The notes below the pieces were generated by a model, which did no database searches, had not been told where the DNA came from, and was given only the letters and a program-made list of their open reading frames with translations. Shown piece by piece: positions 1 to 9,198 of a stretch of 37,298 nt of DNA. This DNA is from a virus (lineage: Duplodnaviria; Heunggongvirae; Uroviricota; Caudoviricetes), in the IMG/VR virus record IMGVR_UViG_2737471849_000005. One strand, 5' to 3'. How positions within the stretch are numbered: the stretch's first letter is position 1; each line of letters opens with the position of its first letter. A program made the position numbers and the translations under genes.

Positions 1-1053
1 TTACGGGGTAATGCCAACCGCTGCCGCCACTTTGTCGCCACTTGGCAGCGTTGCCAGAGGATTGAAACGGAGCGCCGTTTCCAGATGATCCGGTGCCAGA
101 TGTGCGTAACGCATAGTCATTTTTATATCGTGGTGTCCGAGAATTTTCTGTAAGGCCAGAATGTTTCCACCCGACATCATGAAGTGCGCCGCAAACGTAT
201 GGCGCAGAACGTGTGTGAGTTGACCGCGAGGGAGCACGATAGACGTTTTTTCCATCACGGATAAAAATTGAAAATAGCAGTCTGTGAAGAAATTGAACCC
301 ATCAAGCGCCATGATCTCTTCGTAAAGCTCTTTACTGATAGGGATGCTTCTGTTTTTCTTCCCCTTCGTTCTGACAAAGGTAATTCGGTATTTGGTCACC
401 TGCGAGCGGGTAAGATTTACGGCTTCACGCCAGCGTGCGCCTGTGCTTAAGCATATCTTAACTACCAGTGCCAGAATTGGGTCCTGACGTTTGCAATCAG
501 CCAGCAATTCAACAATCTGCTCATGGGTAAGCCATGCCATCTCTTTTTCTGCGATGGTGAATTTTCGCATGTTCTCCAGTGGGTTCGGATACGACCATTC
601 GCCCAGACGGGATAGTTCGCTAAAAACACTACTTAGATAGCTTTGCTCCAGGTTAATGGTGACCGGGCTTGCTCCTTTCTTCCATTTCTCGCTGAAGTAG
701 ATCTCGCCTGTCAGGCGTTTATCTCGATAGTGGGCAAACATTTTAGAGGTGAGATCGGTTGCAAGAGGATTGCCTAGAGCGTCAACCATCAGCAGCAATT
801 TGTCATAGACATGCTGTCCAGCAGTCAGAGATTTACCATGTAGTTTGAACCATAGCTCAACCACGTCTTTCAGGGTTCGACGATCCACTGATTCGCCCAG
901 CCAGGGCTTTGATTCGGTTTCTTCCATCGTGTGACGCTCAAAAGCCAGAGCTTCGCCTTTGGTGGCGAATTGTTTACGCACACGACGCCCACTTCGTCCG
1001 GCGGGGTAACATTCGCAAAGCCATTTCCCTGTGGTGAGTTTTCGTACTGCCAT
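1..1053 (-). CDS. int: Tyrosine integrase, P2/186 type
   Basis: The translation from MAVRKLTTGKW onward reads like P2 Int, including the C-terminal ...HVLRHTFA..GG.I..LQ..LGH......Y catalytic region. A GGAGGG RBS precedes the ATG at 1051-1053. The ORF track's 52-aa N-terminal extension is probably not translated. Confidence 0.88.
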   Translation of the reverse strand: MAVRKLTTGKWLCECYPAGRSGRRVRKQFATKGEALAFERHTMEETESKPWLGESVDRRTLKDVVELWFKLHGKSLTAGQHVYDKLLLMVDALGNPLATDLTSKMFAHYRDKRLTGEIYFSEKWKKGASPVTINLEQSYLSSVFSELSRLGEWSYPNPLENMRKFTIAEKEMAWLTHEQIVELLADCKRQDPILALVVKICLSTGARWREAVNLTRSQVTKYRITFVRTKGKKNRSIPISKELYEEIMALDGFNFFTDCYFQFLSVMEKTSIVLPRGQLTHVLRHTFAAHFMMSGGNILALQKILGHHDIKMTMRYAHLAPDHLETALRFNPLATLPSGDKVAAAVGITP

Positions 1054-1241
1054 AAAAAATGCCCTCCAGTAGAGAGCATTTTTACTGTATGTATAACCAG
1101 TGTCAATGTATGAAATCCTACGACCATACATCTCACTGAAGCCATAATGAAGTTGGCTATTCTTTTTGCTATGTGAGCATGTAACTTTTGCGGTTAACCT
1201 GCGGCTCATTTTTATTTTAGACGCAGATATAAAAACAAAAA

Positions 1242-1433
1242 TTATCGTGAGTTTTTAGTACAGATTTTTTTGGATTTACTAATAGTTCCATCATTGCAAA
1301 CGAATTTGCCATCTGAGGTACAGTGAGAAACACCTCCCTTTTTCCCTGAGCAGGGATAATTTCTAGCATAGGTAGTTAGTGGGTTTAATAACAAAGAACA
1401 TGACAAAACCACAAAAAATACCTTACCAAGCAT
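1242..1433 (-). CDS. Small predicted secreted Cys-rich protein (63 aa), hypothetical moron
   Basis: The ORF has a hydrophobic N-terminal signal-like segment ([23 protein letters not shown]) followed by a Cys/Lys-rich tail. It sits in an AT-rich patch between int and the repressor gene. Confidence 0.35.
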   Translation of the reverse strand: MLGKVFFVVLSCSLLLNPLTTYARNYPCSGKKGGVSHCTSDGKFVCNDGTISKSKKICTKNSR

Positions 1434-1448
1434 AGTTTCCTCCCGGTA

Positions 1449-2105
1449 CTATTTAACATACTTGACTGTTAAACTTATAATTTTACCAATTATTTCAATG
1501 TCTTCTATCTTGCATTCGAAGGCTCTGTTTCCACCCTCGACGAAGATTCTTCCACCGGGTAAACGAGTAATGTCACGGATCGTTATTTCGCCATCAATAC
1601 TTATTACCCATTTACCATCACGTATATCATCAAATTCTTTATCACAAATAAATTCAGAATTGTTATCTGTGATGACAAAAGGTTTTTTAAACGTAGAGGG
1701 TAGAAATCCCTTATCAAAAATATAAAAACCGTCTTTCTGCAATGCTCCATCAGACAATAAATATTTTTCTACTTCTATAGTATTTGTATTTGCTGATGCT
1801 TGCTTTGAACCATGCCCTGTTGTTAGCCAATTAAGCGAGGTGCCCGTTTCAAGGGCGCACTGGATTACCCAATCTGCTGGAAAAATATCACGCATATAGC
1901 GCGTTGCCATAGTGCTCTTAGAAACACCTAAATGATCACAGAGAGCCTGACGAGTACCGAACCCATATGCTTCAACTAAACGTTCTATGGCTTTCTTACC
2001 GCCGCTATTGAAATCCACAAGTCCTCCAAAGAAATCCAAAATTCGTTGACAGATTCCAAAAGCGATCTTAAAGTTGAACCAGAAGTGTTCTTTTGGAGCC
2101 TTCAC
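1449..2105 (-). CDS. cI: CI-like immunity repressor (186 CI type, HTH N-domain)
   Basis: The translation contains EAYGFG...CALETG.SLNWLTTG and a C-terminal ...RLPGG...ECKIEDIEIIG that resemble phage 186 CI. It is divergent from apl. The exact start is uncertain. Confidence 0.75.
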   Translation of the reverse strand: MKAPKEHFWFNFKIAFGICQRILDFFGGLVDFNSGGKKAIERLVEAYGFGTRQALCDHLGVSKSTMATRYMRDIFPADWVIQCALETGTSLNWLTTGHGSKQASANTNTIEVEKYLLSDGALQKDGFYIFDKGFLPSTFKKPFVITDNNSEFICDKEFDDIRDGKWVISIDGEITIRDITRLPGGRIFVEGGNRAFECKIEDIEIIGKIISLTVKYVK

Positions 2106-2163
2106 TACTAATCACGACAAACAACGGCTCGCCACAAGCCATATCTAGAAGGAATGTTGCCTT

Positions 2164-2367
2164 ATGACACCTAACATTTCAATTACTCTGAATACACCAC
2201 ATGTCACAATCGAACGTTATAGCGAACTGACTGGCCTTTCTATTGATACGATTAACGACATGTTGGCTGATGGCCGACTACCTCGTCATCGTCTTCGTAA
2301 AGACAAAAAACGTGAAAAGGTAATGATTAACCTGGCTGCTCTGACTGTTGATGCTTTGTCTGCTTAA
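2164..2367 (+). CDS. apl: Apl/Cox-like excisionase-regulator (67 aa)
   Basis: A small basic protein encoded divergently from the repressor, in the position of P2 cox and 186 apl. Confidence 0.75.
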   Translation: MTPNISITLNTPHVTIERYSELTGLSIDTINDMLADGRLPRHRLRKDKKREKVMINLAALTVDALSA

Positions 2368-2422
2368 TAGACGTCTATTTTCGCAATAAGACGCTGAGTT
2401 CGATTTTGCGATAAGTTCGGAG

Positions 2423-2941
2423 TTGAAAACCATGTTTGATTACCAAGTTTCCAAACATCCACATTTTGATGAAGCCTGTCGTGCATTCGCACTGCGCCAC
2501 AATCTGGTGCAACTGGCAGAACGTGCGGGCATGAATGTGCAGATTCTGCGGAACAAGCTGAACCCAGCTCAACCTCATTTATTAACCGCACCAGAAATCT
2601 GGCTGCTTACCGATCTGACTGAAGATTCAACGTTGGTAGATGGTTTTCTGGCACAGATTCATTGTCTGCCATGTGTACCGATTAATGAGGTAGCAAAAGA
2701 GAAACTGCCACATTACGTCATGAGTGCAACCGCAGAGATCGGGCGTGTTGCTGCAGGTGCGGTATCTGGCGATGTAAAAACCAGTGCAGGTCGTCGTGAT
2801 GCTATCAGCAGCATTAACTCTGTAACACGACTGATGGCGCTGGCGGCTGTTTCATTGCAGGCCCGTTTACAGGCTAATCCTGCGATGGCGAGTGCAGTTG
2901 ATACCGTGACTGGCCTCGGTGCTTCATTCGGTTTGCTGTGA
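2423..2941 (+). CDS. cII: CII-like lysogeny establishment regulator (186 CII family)
   Basis: A 172-aa ORF directly after apl, with an N-terminal HTH-like region. Size and position fit 186 CII. Confidence 0.7.
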   Translation: MKTMFDYQVSKHPHFDEACRAFALRHNLVQLAERAGMNVQILRNKLNPAQPHLLTAPEIWLLTDLTEDSTLVDGFLAQIHCLPCVPINEVAKEKLPHYVMSATAEIGRVAAGAVSGDVKTSAGRRDAISSINSVTRLMALAAVSLQARLQANPAMASAVDTVTGLGASFGLL

Positions 2942-2948
2942 GGTGCTT

Positions 2949-3245
2949 ATGCTGACGAAAGAACCATCATTTGCGTCGCTGCTGGTAAAACAAAGTCCGG
3001 CAATGCACTACGGTCACGGCTGGATCACGGGTGAGGATGGAAAACGCTGGCATCCATGTCATTCACAAGATGAATTGCTGTCTGAATTGACCACGAGGAA
3101 ACGGAGAAAGTCCAAATGTATGCGGCAGAAAGTGAAGTGGTTTATCAGTTTCGTTACAGAGGGGAGAGTTATTCAGTACCTGAAGATGATTTGCTCTGTT
3201 GCTATCCGTCATTGTCGGGCGATGGCAGTTACTTTTTCACGTTAA
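2949..3245 (+). CDS. Hypothetical early protein, possibly Fil-like
   Basis: An ORF starting at the ATG at 2949. It overlaps the next ORF by about 130 nt in another frame, so its 3' end is uncertain. Confidence 0.4.
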   Translation: MLTKEPSFASLLVKQSPAMHYGHGWITGEDGKRWHPCHSQDELLSELTTRKRRKSKCMRQKVKWFISFVTEGRVIQYLKMICSVAIRHCRAMAVTFSR

Positions 3246-3340
3246 AGGATGGGACGTTTTTACGGGGAGAGCAGGTTAAAGAGACGATACGAAAAAATGT
3301 ATCTCCTCTTGAGCGTTACCGTAAGAACAAAGAACGATAG
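3116..3340 (+). CDS. Hypothetical early protein (74 aa)
   Basis: A GGAG RBS lies about 9 nt upstream of the ATG at 3116, and the ORF reads cleanly. Confidence 0.5.
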   Translation: MYAAESEVVYQFRYRGESYSVPEDDLLCCYPSLSGDGSYFFTLKDGTFLRGEQVKETIRKNVSPLERYRKNKER

Positions 3341-3362
3341 CTGCGTTTGGGGGATATGAAGT

Positions 3363-3704
3363 ATGGCAATTAATGGCGCTGCAGCAACTGTTCCATTAAG
3401 CCCCGGTGAACGCCTGAATGGACTTAATCACATTGCGGAGTTAAGGGCGAAAGTTTTTGGCATGAATATTGAGTCAGAGCTTGAGCGGTTTATTAAAGAT
3501 ATGCGTGATCCACGGGATATCAATAATGAACAAAATAAACGGGCACTGGCTGCCATATTCTTTATGGCAAAAATTCCAGCTGAACGTCATAGCATCAGCA
3601 TTAATGAGCTGACCACTGACGAAAAGCGGGAGCTGATTAAAGCAATGAATCATTTTCGTGCAGTGGTGAGCTTATTTCCCAGACGGCTAACCATGCCGAA
3701 TTAA
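3363..3704 (+). CDS. Hypothetical phage early protein (113 aa)
   Basis: A co-oriented ORF in the early operon. Confidence 0.55.
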   Translation: MAINGAAATVPLSPGERLNGLNHIAELRAKVFGMNIESELERFIKDMRDPRDINNEQNKRALAAIFFMAKIPAERHSISINELTTDEKRELIKAMNHFRAVVSLFPRRLTMPN

Positions 3705-3771
3705 CCAACTAATGAAATTAATGGCGTAAACCCGCCGGGCATCCCTTTATCTAAATTCAGGAGAATTGATT

Positions 3772-4005
3772 ATGCGTAATATTGAAACCCTCACGACTAA
3801 AACCGGACCGGATGATGCAGGGCTTAATATTTTACTGACAGAGGCTCGTCTGGAAGAACGCCGGGCAAGGGCTGAAGCAATGGCAGCTCGCCTTGATAAC
3901 CTGGCGTGTCATATCACATCCCGCCAACTAAACCACGTCGAAGCGGCAGAACTGCTGCGTGTGACTGCTGAAGCAATCCAGAACGAAGCGCAGGAGATCC
4001 ACTGA
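3772..4005 (+). CDS. Hypothetical phage early protein (78 aa)
   Basis: An AGGAG RBS lies 8 nt upstream of the ATG at 3772. The track's earlier start at 3766 is a TTG. Confidence 0.55.
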   Translation: MRNIETLTTKTGPDDAGLNILLTEARLEERRARAEAMAARLDNLACHITSRQLNHVEAAELLRVTAEAIQNEAQEIH

Positions 4006-4232
4006 TGGCTGATGCAATGGATCTCGTACAGCAGCGAGTTGAAGAAGAACGCCAACGTCATATCCGTGCTGCCCGTGCCAAAACGCCGGGCGTGTCCCGC
4101 GTGCTTTGCGTTGAGTGTGAAGCGCCAATTCCGCCAGCACGCCGCCGTGCCATTCCGGGGGTGCAGCTTTGCATTACCTGTCAGGAAATCGCAGAGCTGA
4201 AAGGCAAACATTACAACGGAGGTGCTGTATGA
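4005..4232 (+). CDS. TraR/DksA-family C4 zinc-finger protein (P2 orf82-like)
   Basis: The translation has a CVECEAPIP...CITC four-cysteine motif typical of phage TraR-like proteins. Confidence 0.75.
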   Translation: MADAMDLVQQRVEEERQRHIRAARAKTPGVSRVLCVECEAPIPPARRRAIPGVQLCITCQEIAELKGKHYNGGAV

Positions 4233-5086
4233 GCACCATCCTGAAATGGGCGGGAAATAAAACCGCCATTATGTCCGAACTGAAAAAACACCTTCCTGCT
4301 GGCCCGCGACTGGTTGAACCTTTCGCGGGTTCCTGTGCTGTGATGATGGAGACGGATTACCCCAGCTATCTGGTTGCGGATATTAATCCTGATTTAATCA
4401 ACCTCTATAAAAAGGTTGCTGCTGATTGTGAATCGTTTATATCTCGCGCCAGAGTTTTATTTGAGATCGCAAACAGGGAGGTGGCTTATTACAACATAAG
4501 GCAGGAGTTTAATTACTCCACTGAAATTACTGATTTCATGAAAGCGGTATATTTCCTGTATCTCAATCGTCACGGTTACCGTGGTTTATGTCGCTATAAC
4601 AAGAGCGGGCATTTCAACATTCCCTACGGTAATTATAAAAATCCGTATTTCCCTGAAAAAGAAATTCGCGCATTTGCAGAAAAGGCCCAGCGAGCAACGT
4701 TTATCTGCGCCAGCTTTGATGAAACGCTGGCGATGTTGAAGGCGGGGGATGTGGTGTATTGCGATCCGCCGTATGACGGTAAGTTTTCCGGCTATCACAC
4801 TGATGGTTTCACTGAAGATGACCAGTATCACCTGGCATCTGTTCTTGAACATCGGTCATCAGAAGGACATCCGGTCATTGTTTCTAACAGTGACACATCC
4901 CTGATCCGTTCGCTGTATCGCAATTTTACTCATCACTACATCAAGGCAAAACGCAGCATCGGTGTGGCAGCTGGCGAGGGTAAATCAGCAACAGAAATCA
5001 TTGCTGTTTCCGGGCCGCGCTGCTGGGTGGGATTTGATTATTCGCGTGGCGTGGATAGTTCTGCCGTGTACGGAGTACGTGCATGA
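4229..5086 (+). CDS. dam: DNA adenine methyltransferase (Dam-like, GATC type)
   Basis: The translation has the N-terminal [11 protein letters not shown]...PFAGS motif and the DPPY catalytic motif (VYCDPPYDG). Its start overlaps the TraR stop and its stop overlaps the A start (ATGA). Confidence 0.85.
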   Translation: MSTILKWAGNKTAIMSELKKHLPAGPRLVEPFAGSCAVMMETDYPSYLVADINPDLINLYKKVAADCESFISRARVLFEIANREVAYYNIRQEFNYSTEITDFMKAVYFLYLNRHGYRGLCRYNKSGHFNIPYGNYKNPYFPEKEIRAFAEKAQRATFICASFDETLAMLKAGDVVYCDPPYDGKFSGYHTDGFTEDDQYHLASVLEHRSSEGHPVIVSNSDTSLIRSLYRNFTHHYIKAKRSIGVAAGEGKSATEIIAVSGPRCWVGFDYSRGVDSSAVYGVRA

Positions 5087-7497
5087 GCCATGCCGATATG
5101 AACAACTGCTGCGGCTTTAACGAGGCTGCCGCATCGTTCTCATGGAACAGCCCGAAAAAGGCCATTAACCCTTATCTGGACCCGGCGGAAGTTGCGCCGG
5201 TTTCTGCACTTTCAAACCTGATCACTCTGTACGCTGTCGATAACGAGCAGGAACAGCTGCGCCGCGAGGCACTGAGTGATCAGGTCTGGGAGCGTTATTT
5301 CTTTAATGAATCCCGTGATCCTGTCCAGCGCGAAATGGAGCAGGATAAGCTCATTAGTCGGGCAAGGCTGGCGCATGAGCAGCAGCGTTTTAATCCAGAT
5401 ATGGTCATTCTGGCGGACGTCAATGCCCAGCCTTCCCATATCAGCAAGCCGCTGATGCAACGTATTGAATACTTCAGCAGCCTTGGCAGGCCAAAGGCTT
5501 ATTCCCGCTATTTGCGTGAGACGATTAAGCCATGTCTGGAACGGCTGGAGCATGTACGCGACAGTCAGCTATCCACTTCTTTTCGCTTTATGGCAAGCCA
5601 TGAAGGGCTGGACGGCCTGCTGATTCTGCCTGAAATGAGTCAGGATCAGGTGAAACGCCTGTCCACCCTTGTTGCTGCGCATATGAGCATGTGCCTTGAT
5701 GCAGCTTGTGGCGATTTGTATGCCACCGATGACGTTAAGCCTGAAGAAATCCGCAAGACATGGGAAAAGGTGGCAGCAGAAACCCTTCGACTGGATGTCA
5801 TACCGCCTGCGTTTGAGCAACTCCGCCGGAAAAGAAACCGCCGTAAACCCGTGCCTTATGAACTCATTCCGGGTTCGCTGGCGCGTATGTTGTGCGCCGA
5901 CTGGTGGTACCGGAAATTATGGAAGATGCGTTGCGAATGGCGGGAAGAGCAGTTGCGTGCTGTTTGCCTGGTCAGCAAAAAAGCATCTCCCTATGTCAGC
6001 TATGAAGCCGTGATGCATAAACGTGAGCAGCGCCGTAAGTCGCTGGAGTTTTTCCGTTCTCATGAACTGGTGAACGAAGACGGCGACACGCTGGACATGG
6101 AGGATGTGGTAAACGCCAGCAGCAGCAACCCTGCGCATCGCCGCAATGAGATGATGGCCTGTGTTAAAGGTCTGGAGCTTATCGCGGAAATGCGTGGTGA
6201 CTGCGCCGTTTTCTACACCATCACCTGTCCGTCACGTTTCCATTCCACGCTAAATAACGGCAGGCCCAACCCGACCTGGACAAATACGACGGTAAGACAA
6301 AGCAGTGATTATCTGGTCGGCATGTTTGCTGCATTTCGTAAGGCGATGCACAAAGCCGGATTGCGCTGGTATGGCGTGCGGGTGGCTGAGCCGCATCATG
6401 ACGGTACAGTTCACTGGCACCTGTTGTGTTTTATGCGCAAAAAAGATCGCCGCGCCATTACTGCTTTGTTGCGTAAGTTTGCCATTCGTGAAGACCGCGA
6501 GGAGCTGGGTAATAACACGGGACCACGCTTTAAGTCTGAGCTGATAAACCCGCGCAAAGGTACGCCAACAAGCTACATCGCGAAATACATCAGTAAGAAC
6601 ATTGACGGGCGTGGTCTGGCTGGCGAGATCAGCAAGGAAACGGGTAAATCCCTGCGTGATAACGCTGAATACGTTAATGCCTGGGCGTCTCTGCATCGTG
6701 TTCAGCAATTCCGCTTCTTTGGCATTCCGGGGCGTCAGGCTTACCGTGAACTGCGATTGCTGGCTGGTCAGGCGGCAAGGCAACAGGGGGACAAAAAAGC
6801 AGGTGCGCCGGTACTGGATAACCCGCGCCTTGATGCAATCCTGGCTGCTGCTGATGCTGGTTGTTTTGCCACCTACATCATGAAGCAGGGCGGCGTACTG
6901 GTTCCCCGCAAATATCACCTCATCAGAACTGCTTATGAAATCAACGAAGAACCGACCGCATATGGCGATCACGGTATTCGTATTTATGGCATCTGGTCAC
7001 CCATTGCAGAGGGCAAGATCTGCACTCATGCGGTGAAGTGGAAAATGGTTCGTAAGGCCGTTGACGTTCAGGAGGCGGCAGCCGACCAGGGCGCTTGCGC
7101 CCCTTGGACTCGTGGCAATAACTGTCCCCTTGCTGAAAATTTGAACCAACAGGAGAAAGATAAATCAGCTGATGGGGACCCCAGAACGGACTTTACCCGC
7201 ATGGATGACAAGGAGTTGCACGATTACCTGCACAGTATGAACAAAAAGGAGCGCCGGGAACTGGCTGCAAGGTTACGTCTGGTGAAACCGAAACGGCGTA
7301 GAGACTACAAACAGCGAATTACAGACCATCAACGACAGCAGCTCGTCTATGAACTGAAATCCAGAGGATTTGATGGCAGCGAGAAAGAGGTCGATTTACT
7401 CCTTCGCGGCGGCAGTATTCCGTCAGGAGCAGGCCTGCGTATCTTCTATCGGAACCAGCGTTTGCAGGAAGATGATCAGTGGCGGAACCTGTATTAA
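5083..7497 (+). CDS. A: Replication initiation protein A (rolling-circle initiator, P2 gpA / 186 A family)
   Basis: An 804-aa ORF at the position of gene A, containing an HWHLL-like motif. Confidence 0.85.
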   Translation: MSHADMNNCCGFNEAAASFSWNSPKKAINPYLDPAEVAPVSALSNLITLYAVDNEQEQLRREALSDQVWERYFFNESRDPVQREMEQDKLISRARLAHEQQRFNPDMVILADVNAQPSHISKPLMQRIEYFSSLGRPKAYSRYLRETIKPCLERLEHVRDSQLSTSFRFMASHEGLDGLLILPEMSQDQVKRLSTLVAAHMSMCLDAACGDLYATDDVKPEEIRKTWEKVAAETLRLDVIPPAFEQLRRKRNRRKPVPYELIPGSLARMLCADWWYRKLWKMRCEWREEQLRAVCLVSKKASPYVSYEAVMHKREQRRKSLEFFRSHELVNEDGDTLDMEDVVNASSSNPAHRRNEMMACVKGLELIAEMRGDCAVFYTITCPSRFHSTLNNGRPNPTWTNTTVRQSSDYLVGMFAAFRKAMHKAGLRWYGVRVAEPHHDGTVHWHLLCFMRKKDRRAITALLRKFAIREDREELGNNTGPRFKSELINPRKGTPTSYIAKYISKNIDGRGLAGEISKETGKSLRDNAEYVNAWASLHRVQQFRFFGIPGRQAYRELRLLAGQAARQQGDKKAGAPVLDNPRLDAILAAADAGCFATYIMKQGGVLVPRKYHLIRTAYEINEEPTAYGDHGIRIYGIWSPIAEGKICTHAVKWKMVRKAVDVQEAAADQGACAPWTRGNNCPLAENLNQQEKDKSADGDPRTDFTRMDDKELHDYLHSMNKKERRELAARLRLVKPKRRRDYKQRITDHQRQQLVYELKSRGFDGSEKEVDLLLRGGSIPSGAGLRIFYRNQRLQEDDQWRNLY

Positions 7498-7591
7498 TTA
7501 CGCTGGTTAACAATTCGTGCTCTTAATAATACCAGGCATATCAGGCTGATAAGCGTAAAAAAACGTTTTACATCAGTAAGATTATTATATA

Positions 7592-7607
7592 CTGTAAATA
7601 TAAACAG
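7592..7607 (+). promoter_or_regulatory. LexA (SOS) box CTGT-N8-ACAG overlapping a putative promoter
   Basis: The sequence tactgtaaatataaacagtg at 7590-7609 closely matches the LexA consensus TACTGTATATATATACAGTA. It lies about 45 bp upstream of the ORF at 7650, with a TATACT -10-like hexamer adjacent. Confidence 0.65.
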
Positions 7608-7649
7608 TGGTTATGTATACAGTATTGCTTTGGTGTCATAGGAGGAAAG

Positions 7650-7838
7650 ATGCAGGACTATTTTTTGGAGTCTTTGAAGCTCCAGCGCATTGATTTTTTT
7701 CTTAAGCTTGTAGCGGCTAGTGAGTGTAGTGATGAAGAGAAGGGGCTGGCTCTGCAGTGGGTTTCTGAACTGACAGATGAACTCATGGCAAAAATCAGAA
7801 GCCACGAATACAACCGCTCAATGGATGTCATCAGCTGA
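7650..7838 (+). CDS. Small SOS-controlled protein (62 aa), possibly the N-terminal part of a Tum-like antirepressor
   Basis: An AGGAGG RBS precedes the ATG. It is the first ORF downstream of the LexA box. Confidence 0.5.
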   Translation: MQDYFLESLKLQRIDFFLKLVAASECSDEEKGLALQWVSELTDELMAKIRSHEYNRSMDVIS

Positions 7839-7848
7839 GGTGACTTTT

Positions 7849-8082
7849 ATGCGCATTGAAATAATGATCGATAAAGAGCAGAAGATTAGCCAGTCTACCC
7901 TGGACGCCCTTGAATCCGAGCTTTACCGCAATCTGCGCCCCCTGTATCCCAAAACGGTAATCCGTATCCGTAAAGGTAGCTCTAACGGTGTGGAACTGAC
8001 CGGACTGCAACTGGACGAAGAAAGAAAACAAGTGATGAAAATTATGCAGAAGGTGTGGGAAGACGACAGCTGGCTGCATTGA
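7849..8082 (+). CDS. DinI-like protein (77 aa)
   Basis: The translation MRIEIMIDKEQ...LDALESELYRNL...KIMQKVWEDDSWLH follows the DinI pattern (MRIEV..I.K...ALE.EL.RR...I..I.QE.WE..D.W). Confidence 0.75.
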   Translation: MRIEIMIDKEQKISQSTLDALESELYRNLRPLYPKTVIRIRKGSSNGVELTGLQLDEERKQVMKIMQKVWEDDSWLH

Positions 8083-8195
8083 TTTTGTCAATAGACGCTT
8101 GTTTTTACTAATCAAAAAGGGTTACATATGAGTGAGAGGCGATGTCAATCAGATATCGCCTTGTTTTTTGTCAAGAAAAGAATAATAGGCTAAAA

Positions 8196-8873
8196 ATGAA
8201 AATTAATAATGTAGCGTTACCAATATCTCTTGCTGTAATCCTAACTGGTTGCGTGCCACATGCTTCTAACCGAAATATCACTGCTATTGAAGTGGTGAAG
8301 CCTGCTATTGGGCAAAGTGCTACCGCCTACATGGGCGATCCCATTATCACATCTGCTACTGGATTTAAAACGGACGTACTAGAACTTGGTGCGGCTAATG
8401 GTGCATTGTCTTCTATCGCTGCTGGTACATATTGCAGTGAGGGGAATGGAATTTACCGCAATTATCATAACCCTCAAGCTGTTGCGTTAAAAAATCTCTA
8501 TGGGCAAATCGGTAACTATGTTGATTATGTTAGTTACGATGCTGCAAAAAATGAGATATCACCGCCAAATGGTACTTCTTATACTGCATCAGAAATTTCT
8601 ATCAAACGTGTTCCTGATGGGCTGTGTCGAGTTAGTAACTCATTGGTTAAGACTATCGAATACAATGGAAATGCAGGCGGTGTAATGAAGTTCACCTATC
8701 GTGAATTTGCAAACGATATGGCTCGTGCAGCATTTACAACAGATTTTTCTGTAGATTCTAAGGGAAGTGACGTTATCGCTTACAAAGGTGCCAAGTTCAA
8801 AGTGAACAAGGCTGATAACTCGTCTATTTCTTATACAATTATTTCTGGCTTTGACAAGGCTGTCACGTTCTAG
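8196..8873 (+). CDS. Predicted lipoprotein (226 aa), unknown function
   Basis: The N-terminus MKINNVALPISLAVILTGC carries a lipobox (LTGC). The gene is AT-rich, and the protein is Gly/Ser/Thr-rich and ends in Phe. Confidence 0.6.
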   Translation: MKINNVALPISLAVILTGCVPHASNRNITAIEVVKPAIGQSATAYMGDPIITSATGFKTDVLELGAANGALSSIAAGTYCSEGNGIYRNYHNPQAVALKNLYGQIGNYVDYVSYDAAKNEISPPNGTSYTASEISIKRVPDGLCRVSNSLVKTIEYNGNAGGVMKFTYREFANDMARAAFTTDFSVDSKGSDVIAYKGAKFKVNKADNSSISYTIISGFDKAVTF

Positions 8874-8976
8874 GTTTCACGCTTACTGAGTATGTTACGA
8901 TTTTGCACATTCTGCATAAACGCGCATGTCTATGCTGCATGAGATCGCATGATCGTTTGAGGATCTTTTGTGTTAA

Positions 8977-9002
8977 GGCCCGCCAGTTCTGGCGGGCTTT
9001 TG
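8977..9002 (+). terminator. Rho-independent terminator downstream of the lipoprotein gene
   Basis: A GC-rich hairpin (gcccgcc...ggcgggc) is followed by TTTT. Confidence 0.5.
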
Positions 9003-9046
9003 CGTAGATCATGCAGGTGCATGAAAACCACTACATAAAGCGGGCA

Positions 9047-9065
9047 GGCGTGGCGGGGATACGAG
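9047..9065. other. cos-like sequence (candidate cohesive-end site)
   Basis: The sequence GGCGTGGCGGGGATACGAG resembles the P2/186 19-nt cohesive end as I recall it (GGCG(A/T)GGCGGGGAAAGCA-). About 13 of 19 positions match. Confidence 0.35.
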
Positions 9066-9198
9066 CGCGCGTTATGACAAATAGATGATTAGCCTGATTT
9101 ATTCACAGCTGTATAAATGATCACCTTGTAATTAGGTAAGTAATGTCTTCTATTATCATTGATTTGATAGGATTAATCTGTTTTTTGAGGATTAGAGG

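Noticed and set aside
1054-1209. A 52-aa N-terminal extension of the integrase ORF in the track (MSRRLTAKV...).
   Set aside because: Homology to P2 Int begins at MAVRKL, and a GGAGGG RBS precedes that ATG. The extension runs into the AT-rich intergenic region and is probably untranslated.
7611-7805. A 64-aa minus-strand ORF overlapping the LexA-box promoter and the small SOS ORF.
   Set aside because: It is antisense to a module with an RBS and operator organisation on the plus strand, and it has no RBS or recognisable product.
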